From an uncultured Dehalococcoidales bacterium (GTDB lineage Bacteria > Chloroflexota > Dehalococcoidia > E44-bin15), in NCBI GenBank assembly GCA_964428725.1, contig CAYRYW010000003.1, positions 2,465-66,464 of the forward strand: a stretch of DNA of 64,000 nucleotides, read 5' to 3'. A model generated the notes under the pieces. The model did not search any database. It saw only the letters and a program-made list of their open reading frames with translations, and was not told the origin of the DNA. Each line of letters begins with the position of its first letter. Position 1 is the first letter of the stretch. This document shows, piece by piece, positions 1-8,476 of this stretch. The position numbers and the translations under genes are program-made.

Positions 1-113
1 GCCGTCGCACCAAGGCGGTGCTGGTGATGGACAGCGGGCATGTTATCCTGGCGGCCATAGCCCCGGAAACGATCGCGGGTAGGATCGCCGCCGATAGAGG
101 GGTGCAGGTCTGA
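1..113 (+). CDS. remA: RemA/DUF370 family protein, C-terminal fragment (5' end outside window)
   Basis: Frame 3 reads ...RRTKAVLVMDSGHVILAAIAPETIAGRIAADRGVQV, stop TGA 111-113. This matches the conserved GRRTRAV..DSDH.ILSA.QPET C-terminus of B. subtilis RemA. The remA-gmk adjacency is the usual one. Confidence 0.7.
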   Translation, partial: RRTKAVLVMDSGHVILAAIAPETIAGRIAADRGVQV

Positions 114-148
114 GCCGTCAGCGTTCGCACAGTCGGCCGCTGCTGCTG

Positions 149-700
149 GTGCTCTCCGGACCGTCGGGTGTGGGCAAGGACTCGGTGCTGGAGCGGCTAA
201 GCCAGACCATGGACTCGGCGCATTTCGTGGTGACGGCGACCACGCGGTCCCCGCGCAGCCAGGAGAGCGACGGCGTCGATTACCATTTCGTCACGTCGGA
301 GCGCTTCAGCCGTATGGTCGAAAATAGTGAGCTGCTGGAATGGGCCGAAGTTTACGGCAATCGCTACGGGGTGCCCCGGTGCCAGGTGGAAGAGGCGCTC
401 GAAAGCGGCCGAGACGTCGTGGTCAGGGTCGATATCCAGGGGGCGATGACCATCAAGCGGGCGATGCCTCAGGCGGTATCGATTTTCCTGGTAGCTCCGT
501 CGATGGAGGAGCTGGAGCGGCGGCTGCGCACCCGTGGCACGGAGTCTGCCGGCGATATCGAGCGGCGCATAAATACGGCCCGTGATGAGATGAAGGCGCA
601 GGATAGCTTCGATTACGTCGTGGTGAACGACACGGTCAATGATGCAGCAGACAGGATAATGGCAATCGTGAAGGCGGAGAAGGGCAGGGCGGATAATTAG
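149..700 (+). CDS. gmk: Guanylate kinase
   Basis: P-loop GPSGVGK near the N-terminus, TTR.PR..E..G.DY.F and E.A.V.GN.YG motifs, about 185 aa. GTG start as in the ORF track; the true start could lie slightly upstream. Confidence 0.9.
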   Translation: MLSGPSGVGKDSVLERLSQTMDSAHFVVTATTRSPRSQESDGVDYHFVTSERFSRMVENSELLEWAEVYGNRYGVPRCQVEEALESGRDVVVRVDIQGAMTIKRAMPQAVSIFLVAPSMEELERRLRTRGTESAGDIERRINTARDEMKAQDSFDYVVVNDTVNDAADRIMAIVKAEKGRADN

Positions 701-796
701 CTCGACACCGGTCGCCGTCAACACCGGCCCGTACCGCTGCGCTCGCGCTGTCTATTCATCTATGTCGCAGCGTCGTCTTCTAAATACCCACACGGT

Positions 797-1633
797 CTAC
801 AGGGCTTTGTAGATGTCCCGCATGAGCAGGGCGTCCTGCTCCAGGTTGGGGCTCTCGCAGATAATACGCCCTTTGACGTCGAGGTCCTTGATCGCTTTCA
901 GCAGGTCCACGTAGCGCAGGTCGGAATCCTTCAGGTTCAGGTGGCTGACCTCCCCTTTAAATGTGTATTCGATCCCTGAGACGTGTACGTGGAGGTTTTC
1001 CAGCGCGTGCCACCCCAGCCTGGTAGCGATGCGGTTGAGTATATAGATGAACTCGCCGTAGCTGTTGGACTCGCCGGTCCTGGCATGCAGGTGAGCGAAA
1101 TCGATGCACGGGGCGAGCCCATCGACATCGACGCACAGGTTCAGCGTCTCCTCCAGGCTGCCGAACTGGCTGGCTTTGCCGGTGGTCTCTGACCGAAGCA
1201 GTATATTGACTCCTTCATCCCTGATGTTGTTTACGGTTTCCTTCAGCACCTTTGTAACCCTGGCGTAGACCTCGTCCGGCGCATCGTTGAGATAGTATGC
1301 GGGATGGAATATGACCGATTCGGCGCGCATGAGCGAGGCGATGCGGGCTGCCTGCATCAGGCGGCGCTGGCTGTCCGCCACCTTCTTCGGCTCGTGGGCG
1401 TTGAGGTTGATGAAGTAGGGCGCATGCGCCGTGAGCTTTACGTTGAGCCTTTCCGCCAGCTTGCCGACCTCTATCGCCATCTTTTCGGTTATGTTGACGC
1501 CGTGGACCAGCTCTACCTCCATGCATCCCAGGCCAAGCTCGGCCACGCGCTCGATGCCCGCTGGCGTGCTCTGCGGGCTGGAGCTTTTCGGCACACCGCC
1601 GGTCCCAAAAAGCAAGTAATCACCCCGGTTCAT
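797..1633 (-). CDS. Xylose-isomerase-like TIM-barrel protein, AP endonuclease family 2 (endonuclease IV-like)
   Basis: Motif series HAPYFINL, VIFHPA, ETTGK..QFGS, CIDFAHLHA, HVHVS parallels the Endo IV metal-ligand blocks. Start moved to the internal ATG (MNRGDY) because a TTGACA-N17-TAAAAT promoter at 1665-1693 lies inside the longer ORF. Confidence 0.7.
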   Translation of the reverse strand: MNRGDYLLFGTGGVPKSSSPQSTPAGIERVAELGLGCMEVELVHGVNITEKMAIEVGKLAERLNVKLTAHAPYFINLNAHEPKKVADSQRRLMQAARIASLMRAESVIFHPAYYLNDAPDEVYARVTKVLKETVNNIRDEGVNILLRSETTGKASQFGSLEETLNLCVDVDGLAPCIDFAHLHARTGESNSYGEFIYILNRIATRLGWHALENLHVHVSGIEYTFKGEVSHLNLKDSDLRYVDLLKAIKDLDVKGRIICESPNLEQDALLMRDIYKAL

Positions 1634-1664
1634 GCTGCTCTGCCTGTGGATGTGGTATACACGA

Positions 1665-1693
1665 ATTTTAGTAGGCGTCGTGGCGCATGTCAA
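1665..1693 (-). promoter_or_regulatory. Sigma70-type promoter for the TIM-barrel gene
   Basis: Minus strand reads TTGACA (1693-1688), a 17-nt spacer, then TAAAAT (1670-1665), about 30 nt upstream of the ATG at 1633. Confidence 0.5.
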
Positions 1694-1813
1694 GAAGTTT
1701 CGGACAGGGTGTTGCCGTCGCAAGATGACTATAATTATTATGGTTTTGTCGCATGTAGTGTCTCTACTCGCTTGACACGGGCATGAGGCTGGCTATATGC
1801 TCCATAGTGACAG

Positions 1814-3091
1814 TTGCCTGACATGTCTAACTCTCAAATACCACCGTCCACCGGGGAGATCTCCCCGGACTCCGCTTTGTTGCGCCGCATAACCACCTTC
1901 ACCTCGCTGAGGACTCCCCACTACCGCTGGTTCTGGCTGGGGATGCTGGCGAACTTCCTGGGGGTACACCTGCAGCTGGTAGCACGCAACTGGCTGGTGT
2001 GGGACATGACCGGCTCGGCGTTGAGCTTGGGCATAGTCATAGCCGCATGGGGTCTGCCCATCCTGCTGCTGTCGTTCTACGGCGGAACCATCGCCGACCG
2101 CGTCAGGAAACGCAACCTGCTCATCTGGACACAGGTGGCCAATGCCTGCATTGCCCTGATAATCGCCGTTCTGATCACCGGCGGCTGGATACAGCTGTGG
2201 CACCTGATTTTCGCTGCGGTGGTGGAGGGCGTCATCTTCGCGTTCCACGTGCCGGCGCGCCTGGCGATAATACCGGAGCTGGTAACCCGACGCGAGGTCA
2301 TGAACGCCATCGCTCTGAACTCCGCCAGCATGAACCTGTCGCGGTTCATGGGGTTCGCCGTCGGCGGCCTGCTGCTGGGCGTCATCGGCATCGCCGGCGT
2401 GTACTACATAGTGGTGCTAGCCTTCTTCCTGTCGGCCGGGCTGCTGTTCATGCTGCCGCGCCTGGACAGGATACGCCGACAGGTGACCACGTCGATACGA
2501 ACAGACCTGATGGACGGTCTGCGTTACATCAACGGCAACGTGGTGGTGCGCTCGCTGCTACTGATGGCTTTCGTGTGCATCGGCTTCGGGCTGCCGCACT
2601 TAAACATCATGCCGGTGTTCGCCGATGTCGTTCATGACGTGGGCGAGTCGGGCTTCGGCTTCATGCTGGGGGCATCCGGTCTGGGGTCGGTGGTCGGCTC
2701 GCTGGCAGTGGCGTCGCTGGGAGACTTCAAGCGTAAGGGCATGCTGATGCTATCCTTCGCCTTCCTGTTCGGGGCCATGGTGGCGATGTTCGCCTTCTCC
2801 GGCAGCTACTACATGGCGCTGGGCATGCTGGTGCTGGTGGGCGGATTCGGCGCGGGTTATCTGGCGACGAACAGCACGCTGGTGCAGAGCCTGGTGCCTC
2901 ACGATATGCTGGGCAGGGTGATGAGCATTTATGTTACCACCTTCTCCCTGATGCCGCTGGCAACGCTGCCGCTGGGGGCCATAACCGATGCCGTGGGGGC
3001 GCCGCTGACCATAGGCTCCGGTGGCATCATACTGGCGCTGTTCGCGCTGGGGATGACGGCGCTCGTGCCGCGTCTCAAACGCCTGGAGTAG
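1814..3091 (+). CDS. MFS transporter (12 predicted TM segments)
   Basis: Hydrophobic throughout, with the loop 2-3 motif GG.IADR..KR typical of MFS. Alternative ATG start at 1823 (MSNSQ). A TTGACA at 1772-1777 with a TATATG -10 candidate lies just upstream. Confidence 0.85.
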   Translation: MPDMSNSQIPPSTGEISPDSALLRRITTFTSLRTPHYRWFWLGMLANFLGVHLQLVARNWLVWDMTGSALSLGIVIAAWGLPILLLSFYGGTIADRVRKRNLLIWTQVANACIALIIAVLITGGWIQLWHLIFAAVVEGVIFAFHVPARLAIIPELVTRREVMNAIALNSASMNLSRFMGFAVGGLLLGVIGIAGVYYIVVLAFFLSAGLLFMLPRLDRIRRQVTTSIRTDLMDGLRYINGNVVVRSLLLMAFVCIGFGLPHLNIMPVFADVVHDVGESGFGFMLGASGLGSVVGSLAVASLGDFKRKGMLMLSFAFLFGAMVAMFAFSGSYYMALGMLVLVGGFGAGYLATNSTLVQSLVPHDMLGRVMSIYVTTFSLMPLATLPLGAITDAVGAPLTIGSGGIILALFALGMTALVPRLKRLE

Positions 3092-3108
3092 CGTCCGCCT
3101 GAGGCGGG

Positions 3109-3843
3109 CTATTCCTCCTCTTCCATATCGATGTCGCTATCGTCGACGACGGGATACGGCAGGGACACGTCCGGCTTCCCGCCCCTCTTCCGGCGCGACG
3201 CAGGCAGCCTGTCGATTGTCTCTTTCAGGCTCACCAGCTTTTTACCAGAATCGCCAGCAATATCCACGGCGATGCCGGAAATTCCGGTCTCCCACAGCTC
3301 CCGCAGCTCATCGTCGGACATGTCCGCGGAGGCGCGGGCTATCAGGGGCTTGCCCACCATGTTCGACATATGCTGGCATACCAGCAGCCGTTTCACCGAC
3401 AGCGCGGGTTCCCCGCCGACCAGGACAGCGTCCACCGGCAGCTGTGATGCTGACCGCGCCAGCCCGTCGGCGATCCCCGGCGTCAGCTCCACCATGCGCC
3501 CCATTCCTTCGTCGCTCAGCAGCGATACGGGTGCGTCGTCGGCGTTGAACACGATGAAGTCGCAGCCTTTGCTTTTAAGCTTGTCGATATTGCCGCCGTC
3601 CGCGCCGATATAGACGCCCCACGGCAGGTCGCCGGCCTCTGACGCTAGCTTGGCGGCGGCTGCGCTGTTGAACAGGATGGCGCTGGCGTGCTCCCGGGCT
3701 TCCTTCACGGCTCCGCCGTCGCTGCCCGCGACCGCGATGAGCAGCAGGGGGGAACTCTTGGTCCTGCCGCTGGCCGCCCTGAACCCGATGGGCTGGGCGC
3801 CGCCTTTTGCTATCTGGTTCAGCCTGTCGATCAGTTTGCTCAC
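3109..3843 (-). CDS. Hypothetical protein, acidic C-terminus
   Basis: Clean 244-aa ORF with coding-like composition. Hydrophobic strand-like segments alternate with helical segments. No family recognised by eye. Confidence 0.55.
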   Translation of the reverse strand: MSKLIDRLNQIAKGGAQPIGFRAASGRTKSSPLLLIAVAGSDGGAVKEAREHASAILFNSAAAAKLASEAGDLPWGVYIGADGGNIDKLKSKGCDFIVFNADDAPVSLLSDEGMGRMVELTPGIADGLARSASQLPVDAVLVGGEPALSVKRLLVCQHMSNMVGKPLIARASADMSDDELRELWETGISGIAVDIAGDSGKKLVSLKETIDRLPASRRKRGGKPDVSLPYPVVDDSDIDMEEEE

Positions 3844-3885
3844 AATCCCTCCTGTGCGCCGACGCTGGTGATCTATGAAAAGGTG

Positions 3886-3960
3886 TGGAGCCAGCGGTCG
3901 GAATTGAACCGACGACCGGCGGTTTACGAAACCGCTGCTCTACCGCTGAGCTACGCTGGC
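3886..3960 (-). tRNA. tRNA-Thr (anticodon CGU)
   Basis: Reverse complement is GCCAGCGTAGCTCAGCGGTAGAGCAGCGGTTTCGTAAACCGCCGGTCGTCGGTTCAATTCCGACCGCTGGCTCCA. It has a 7-bp acceptor stem, D arm GCTC/GAGC, anticodon stem GCGGT/ACCGC with loop TTCGTAA, T arm GTCGG/CCGAC with TTCAATT, and an encoded CCA. Confidence 0.92.
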
Positions 3961-3969
3961 GCAGAAATA

Positions 3970-3998
3970 ATTGTATTGGGTGGATAGTAAGGTGTCAA
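3970..3998 (-). promoter_or_regulatory. Sigma70-type promoter for tRNA-Thr
   Basis: Minus strand reads TTGACA (3998-3993), a 17-nt spacer, then TACAAT (3975-3970), 9 nt before the mature tRNA 5' end. Confidence 0.55.
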
Positions 3999-4052
3999 TG
4001 AGGGGGTTATTGGGGGGGTATCGGGGTCGATAAGTCACTGTTCGAAATACTA

Positions 4053-5180
4053 CTAAACAGATAGGGCAATAGCCACGATTATGGTTATGCCAAGAATAAT
4101 AGCCAGACCGATGAGTATTTTTTGTACTATCGCTTTTCTCTGCAATCTACGATATTCCTGTATCCTATCATGTACCTCAGCTTTGCTCGCTTCCTGATGT
4201 GTAGATTCTGGCCTTTCCGCAGGCCTTTCATTCCTGGCGTAGGTTTTTGGATCTTGTTTATTGGTGATTTCCGCTGAAGTATACACACGTCTACATCTGG
4301 TATTATTACATCTGAATAATTGCGATACTGCATCATAGTACAGAGTGTTGCCACAACTTGGACAGAGTTCCCTGCTCTTGGTGCTCTCACTATCACCTTT
4401 GTGCGGTTTTACAATCGCGAACTTTTTACCGCAGCTTGTCAGAGAACATTTCCAAAAACTTCCCTCAATATGGTAATGCAATAGGGCGCCATCCTTTGGA
4501 CAACGCAGTGTATCTTCGCCACATCGCCAGCAAACAGTCTTCTTGGGATTAGGATTCAAAGCCAAGCACTTGGGATTACGGCACTTGGTCATAGTCCCTT
4601 TTTCTTGAACATTTAACATCCTGTCTATCATTCTCCACCACCACCTCTCAGTAAGCAGAAGCTTTCTTCTTTCATCAGCATCTAACTCGTCAAAACATAT
4701 GCAGTTGGATTGCAGTATCCCGAAGGGGCATAGAAAGGGCTGGGTATAGAACTTTTTACACCATGAGCACTGAGTATCTTGGAATGCATCAATTCTTATC
4801 CTAGCTATTGGGGATAGCTGTGATATCTCAATCTTTTCAATGAATTTGATTACTCTGGAGAACTCAAACATGCAGCGGCACCTGCTGCATATCCATTTCT
4901 TTCCTTTGGATTGTATAACATTATGAGTCCAGCACTCAGGACATTCTGCTGGGCTGTCATCATATCTTTTGCGCTCTTCTATGTCAGAAAGTACTTCATA
5001 TGCTGTGTTGATCTTTGTCATCTTTGTGTGCGCTTCTGGGGTCGGATTAAGATCAGGATGATAAATCTTGGCTAATTTGCGGTATGCTTGCGCAATCTCT
5101 TCCTGTGTCGCTTCTTTTTTAACCTCAAGCACTTCGTAGTACTTATAGGGTCTTTTGTAGCCGTCGCTTGATTTTGCCAT
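4053..5180 (-). CDS. J-domain (DnaJ-like) protein with multiple CxxC zinc-ribbon modules and a C-terminal TM anchor
   Basis: N-terminal YYEVLEV...[15 protein letters not shown]...AYEVLSD..ERKRYD is a J domain with an intact HPD. About ten CxxC/CxxxxC pairs follow (CPEC, CSRCRC, CSWC, CRNPKC, CWRC, CPSC, CNNTRC). The C-terminus [21 protein letters not shown] is a TM helix. The ATG at 5180 has a GAGG 7 nt upstream. Confidence 0.8.
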   Translation of the reverse strand: MAKSSDGYKRPYKYYEVLEVKKEATQEEIAQAYRKLAKIYHPDLNPTPEAHTKMTKINTAYEVLSDIEERKRYDDSPAECPECWTHNVIQSKGKKWICSRCRCMFEFSRVIKFIEKIEISQLSPIARIRIDAFQDTQCSWCKKFYTQPFLCPFGILQSNCICFDELDADERRKLLLTERWWWRMIDRMLNVQEKGTMTKCRNPKCLALNPNPKKTVCWRCGEDTLRCPKDGALLHYHIEGSFWKCSLTSCGKKFAIVKPHKGDSESTKSRELCPSCGNTLYYDAVSQLFRCNNTRCRRVYTSAEITNKQDPKTYARNERPAERPESTHQEASKAEVHDRIQEYRRLQRKAIVQKILIGLAIILGITIIVAIALSV

Positions 5181-5252
5181 TTGTAGCCTCAATATGAGAA
5201 TGTGCTTGATTTATCTGAGAGAACGATTTAACTACATACTATATATAGTCTC

Positions 5253-5444
5253 CTAGTGCCAGAGCAGCTTTTTGAGGGTGATGATGATGGCTCCGCCTAT
5301 GAGAAGCACTCCTATGATGAAGAATATGATGATCGCCAGCCCGATCCACAGCGGGGAGGTGACCCATACCCAGCTCCAGTCAACAACGCCCACCATCTTG
5401 AGGATGACGAAGATGATGAATATAAAAGATAACGCGCTGAACAT
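5253..5444 (-). CDS. Small integral membrane protein (63 aa, 2 TM)
   Basis: MFSALSFIFIIFVILKMVGVVDWSWVWVTSPLWIGLAIIIFFIIGVLLIGGAIIITLKKLLWH. The longer ORF-track version (to 5837) overlaps the next gene in another frame and is Arg/Pro-rich non-coding-like sequence. Confidence 0.5.
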   Translation of the reverse strand: MFSALSFIFIIFVILKMVGVVDWSWVWVTSPLWIGLAIIIFFIIGVLLIGGAIIITLKKLLWH

Positions 5445-5458
5445 GGCATCACCTCGCT

Positions 5459-6391
5459 TTAAATGAAATTGTACAGCGCAACCACAACTATCACCACCAC
5501 CCACACAGCGCCCAGCGCCAGCGCGGGCAGCAGCCGGCTGGAGGGGCGCACATTGGCGTGGGATTCGTTCCATGCCTCGTGGTGCTTGCCCTGCCACTGC
5601 CACAACAGCCACGCTGCAATAGGATTCACCAGCAGGCTTATGGGCACAAGGGCTATAGCCGGGCCGGACAGAAGTGCGGGCAGCGCCAGCCAGAAGGCAA
5701 AGGCTAGGCACATCACGGCGATGGTGGGGAGTATGAGGAGGGGCCTGCCCAGCTTCTTCCAGTTGAGGCCGGCGACGATGCCGGCGGCGGCGAAGCCGCC
5801 GAGGAAGGACATCAGCAGCAGGGCGCCCCAGCCCCAAGGAGCCCTGGGTCCCGTCGCGGGGACGGCAGCCGGCCTGCGCTCCCTGCGCAGTTTCGCTGCG
5901 ACCTGTGCAAGCGCAGATGCCGGCTCAGGGCTGGCTTCGTCTGCGGGCTCGATTTTCTTACTGACAGGGGGTGGAGGCTCAGGCCTGGCCTGTTTCGGCG
6001 GCTCGGGCTCTTTCGCGACCTCCGCCGGGGGTTCGGGTTTGGCTTCTATCACAGATTCGATTATTTTATCGTCAGGTACAGGTGGCGCGGGCGCAGGTGC
6101 CTCCACCTGCCTCTGCTCTTTCTCGACATCAGCCGTCGGTTCAGGCTTTTTAGCGTCAGGGGGTGGAGGCTCAGGCCTGGCCTGTTTCGGCGGCTCGGGC
6201 GCTTTCTCGGCCTTCGCCGGGGGTTCGGCCTTAGCCTTTTTTGCAGGTGCGGGCCCGGCATCCCGCGGGGGTCGAGCACCCGTTCCGCCGGGCTCGAAGC
6301 AGGCGAAGGAATCGGCGAAATCCAGGTCCTTGCCCGCAGGGTTGTTGCGGCACCCGTCGGTGCGGAACAGCTTGCAGTCGGAACACTTCAT
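5459..6391 (-). CDS. Membrane protein with N-terminal Cys cluster, Pro/Lys/Glu-rich repeat linker and C-terminal multi-TM domain
   Basis: N-terminus MKCSDCKLFRTDGC...FACF. The linker contains EPPKQARPEPPPP twice. The C-terminal 130 aa contain 3-4 hydrophobic helices. Preferred over the opposite-strand 5463-6461 ORF, which is Ser/Gly/Ala low complexity. Confidence 0.6.
   Translation of the reverse strand: MKCSDCKLFRTDGCRNNPAGKDLDFADSFACFEPGGTGARPPRDAGPAPAKKAKAEPPAKAEKAPEPPKQARPEPPPPDAKKPEPTADVEKEQRQVEAPAPAPPVPDDKIIESVIEAKPEPPAEVAKEPEPPKQARPEPPPPVSKKIEPADEASPEPASALAQVAAKLRRERRPAAVPATGPRAPWGWGALLLMSFLGGFAAAGIVAGLNWKKLGRPLLILPTIAVMCLAFAFWLALPALLSGPAIALVPISLLVNPIAAWLLWQWQGKHHEAWNESHANVRPSSRLLPALALGAVWVVVIVVVALYNFI
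5965..6228. repeat. Two copies of a roughly 72-nt direct repeat, 192 nt apart, inside the Pro-rich gene
   Basis: 5965-6036 and 6157-6228 both read CAGGGGGTGGAGGCTCAGGCCTGGCCTGTTTCGGCGGCTCGGGC.CTTTC.CG.CC.TCGCCGGGGGTTCGG with few mismatches. This is an in-frame 64-codon duplication. Confidence 0.8.
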
Positions 6392-6448
6392 ATGGTTAAT
6401 ATTCCTGTCGAGTTACGTTAAGACAGGATACATTCACTGTCGGGGGTT

Positions 6449-6478
6449 TGTCAAACTGTAGAGATAACGTATATAATG
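6449..6478 (+). promoter_or_regulatory. Sigma70-type promoter
   Basis: TTGTCA (6449-6454), an 18-nt spacer, then TATAAT (6473-6478). This places the TSS near 6485 and excludes the TTG start at 6480. Confidence 0.5.
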
Positions 6479-6509
6479 GTTGAACCGATCGACTGTGAGG
6501 GTTGTTGAG

Positions 6510-6824
6510 ATGAAAAATCCGTTAGCTTCTTTGAGACGCAGCGCATCCTCGAAATACTGGGTCATGCTGGGTGCCGGCCTGGTGCTGCTGGTTGCGGGTG
6601 TGGTGTCGGGGAGGGCTTACGATACTCTGAAGCTCGATCTGTTCAGCTCGTTCCTGTTCGCTGTGGGGATAGTGCTGACGGCGGTGGCGCTGAGCAAGAG
6701 CGAGGTTAAACCCGCTGATGCAGTCGATGTCGGCAGCCAGCCGGAAGAATCGGTCAGACCGGCGGAGAGGGCTGACAAAGCGGCGAAGAAAAGGGCGGGG
6801 GGTTCGGTTACGTGGGATATCTAG
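6510..6824 (+). CDS. Small membrane protein (2 TM) with charged C-terminal tail
   Basis: ATG at 6510 preceded by GAGGG. Two hydrophobic helices (YWVMLGAGLVLLVAGVV, LFSSFLFAVGIVLTAVAL). Confidence 0.55.
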   Translation: MKNPLASLRRSASSKYWVMLGAGLVLLVAGVVSGRAYDTLKLDLFSSFLFAVGIVLTAVALSKSEVKPADAVDVGSQPEESVRPAERADKAAKKRAGGSVTWDI

Positions 6825-6845
6825 CTGACGGCGGTCGCCCTCACA

Positions 6846-7343
6846 TCACCATGCGATGGTGAACCTGCGCACGGTGTCGTCATAGGACGGCTCCTTGAAA
6901 CCGTTCTCCTGCGAGTAACGCATACCTTCCTCTAGCGTAACGACCTTGTCGAACTGAGGCTCGATGAAGATCATGCCCCGGTCCACCGTATCGAACGCCA
7001 CTATCGAGTGGCCGAATGAATCGATATATTCGATATATACGTAGGCGCAGCGCAGGCCTTCGGCTTCGGCATTGTTATTGAATTCGGTGGCGAAGTCGGA
7101 GCAGGTGTACGCCGCCTCATGATATTCACGCTTGTTGGTCTGGTCCCGCTCCATGAAATCGAGGGCCTCGTCGTAGGTCGGGTTCCTCAGGTTGTATCCG
7201 GAGCCTGCCCCGTCGATGGCGCCGTGGATGTAGCCCTGTGAATAGCCCTGGTCCCTGCCGTAGGTGTATCCGGAATAGACGCCGATGAAGACGAGTATGC
7301 CTATGGCGAGTATTGCTACGATTCCAGTCAGTATGCGCATCAT
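6846..7343 (-). CDS. Membrane-anchored protein with putative Cys-His-Asp (transglutaminase/papain-like) core
   Basis: N-terminal TM ILTGIVAILAIGILVFIGVY. Then YTCSDFA ... GHSIVAF.T.D.G..FIEPQFD spacing reminiscent of a C/H/D triad. Family assignment is tentative. Confidence 0.55.
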   Translation of the reverse strand: MMRILTGIVAILAIGILVFIGVYSGYTYGRDQGYSQGYIHGAIDGAGSGYNLRNPTYDEALDFMERDQTNKREYHEAAYTCSDFATEFNNNAEAEGLRCAYVYIEYIDSFGHSIVAFDTVDRGMIFIEPQFDKVVTLEEGMRYSQENGFKEPSYDDTVRRFTIAW

Positions 7344-7466
7344 CGGCCCGTCCTCCTGCCGTTGCGTTATCGCTTAATCCAGTTTACCCTTGAACAGCGC
7401 AATGTTCAAGCGGCGGGTTGAATGCCAGATAGGTAAAGAGTATCATATGCTTATATAAGCGCGGGG

Positions 7467-8402
7467 GTGTGCGATTTGAATTTGACGGTCGATATAGCGC
7501 CGCAAAACAAGCGTAAGCTCAGGCTGAAAAATCCGCTGGTAGCGGCATCCGGCACCGTGGGTTACGGCACCGAGTACGCCGAGATGGTGGACATCGAGCG
7601 CTTCGGCGCCATAGTGTCGAAGGGCACGACGCTTGAGCCGCGCGACGGCAACCCGCAGCCGCGCCTGTGCGAGACGGCGTCCGGCCTGTTGAACTCGGTG
7701 GGGCTGCAGAACATCGGCATCGACGCCCTCATAGAGAAGGAGGCGCCGGTATGGGCGAAATGGCAGGTGCCGGTGCTGGTGAACATCGCCGGGGACAGCG
7801 TCGAGGAGTACGCCGAGCTGGCGCGCCGGCTCGACGGCGTCGATGGCGTGAGCGGTATCGAGGTCAACATCAGCTGTCCCAATGTCGCGCGAGGCGGCAT
7901 GGAGTTCGGCACGGATGCGGGCGATGCCGGCAGGGTGACGCAGGCGGTGAAGCAGAACACATCGCTGCCGGTCATCGTCAAGCTGACGCCCAACGTGACC
8001 GATATCGCCGGCATCGCCCGCGCGGCGGAGGGGGCCGGCGCGGACGCGATATCGCTGATCAATACGCTACGCGGCATGGCGATCGACGTTGGCTCGAAGA
8101 GACCGTTCCTCGGCGGGGCGACCGGCGGGCTGTCAGGGCCGGCCATAAAGCCGGTGGCGCTGTACATGGTTTATACGGTGGCGCGGTCGGTTTCGGTACC
8201 GATCATCGGAGGCGGCGGAATCATCAGCGCGCATGACGCCCTCGAGTTCATCATGGCGGGGGCCAGCGCCTTCTGGGTGAGCACCGGCGTGCTGGTGGAC
8301 CCCTGCAGCCCGCTCGATATCCTCGACGGGGTAGTGGATTATATGAAGCGTGAGGGCATCGAGGACATCGCCAGCCTGGTGGGCGTGGCGCAGGCAGCTT
8401 GA
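7467..8402 (+). CDS. pyrD: Dihydroorotate dehydrogenase, class 1B-type catalytic subunit
   Basis: NPLVAASGT.GYG, VSKGTT..PR.GNP.PR, NSVGLQN.G, NISCPNV, KLTPNV, SLINT, GGLSGPAIKP and IGGGGI motifs. The start (GTG 7467 or TTG 7476) is uncertain. Confidence 0.9.
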   Translation: MCDLNLTVDIAPQNKRKLRLKNPLVAASGTVGYGTEYAEMVDIERFGAIVSKGTTLEPRDGNPQPRLCETASGLLNSVGLQNIGIDALIEKEAPVWAKWQVPVLVNIAGDSVEEYAELARRLDGVDGVSGIEVNISCPNVARGGMEFGTDAGDAGRVTQAVKQNTSLPVIVKLTPNVTDIAGIARAAEGAGADAISLINTLRGMAIDVGSKRPFLGGATGGLSGPAIKPVALYMVYTVARSVSVPIIGGGGIISAHDALEFIMAGASAFWVSTGVLVDPCSPLDILDGVVDYMKREGIEDIASLVGVAQAA

Positions 8403-8476
8403 CAATAAGGGGGCGCTGTGATAACTTTTGCGAATAACCTTACATATTGTTACGATTTAATATCGGGAGGCATGAT

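Noticed and set aside
3886-5250. tRNA-Thr as the integration site of a genomic island containing the AT-rich J-protein gene
   Set aside because: No integrase or recombinase gene was found, and no direct repeat of the tRNA 3' end. The AT-rich gene lies on the 5' (promoter) side of the tRNA, whereas integrative elements normally insert at the 3' end. Foreign origin is still plausible from composition alone.
5463-6461. 332-aa plus-strand ORF opposite the Pro-rich membrane protein gene
   Set aside because: Its translation is Ser/Gly/Ala low complexity without TM or motif structure. The minus-strand product has an N-terminal Cys cluster and coherent C-terminal TM helices. The call is not certain (confidence 0.6 on the chosen strand).
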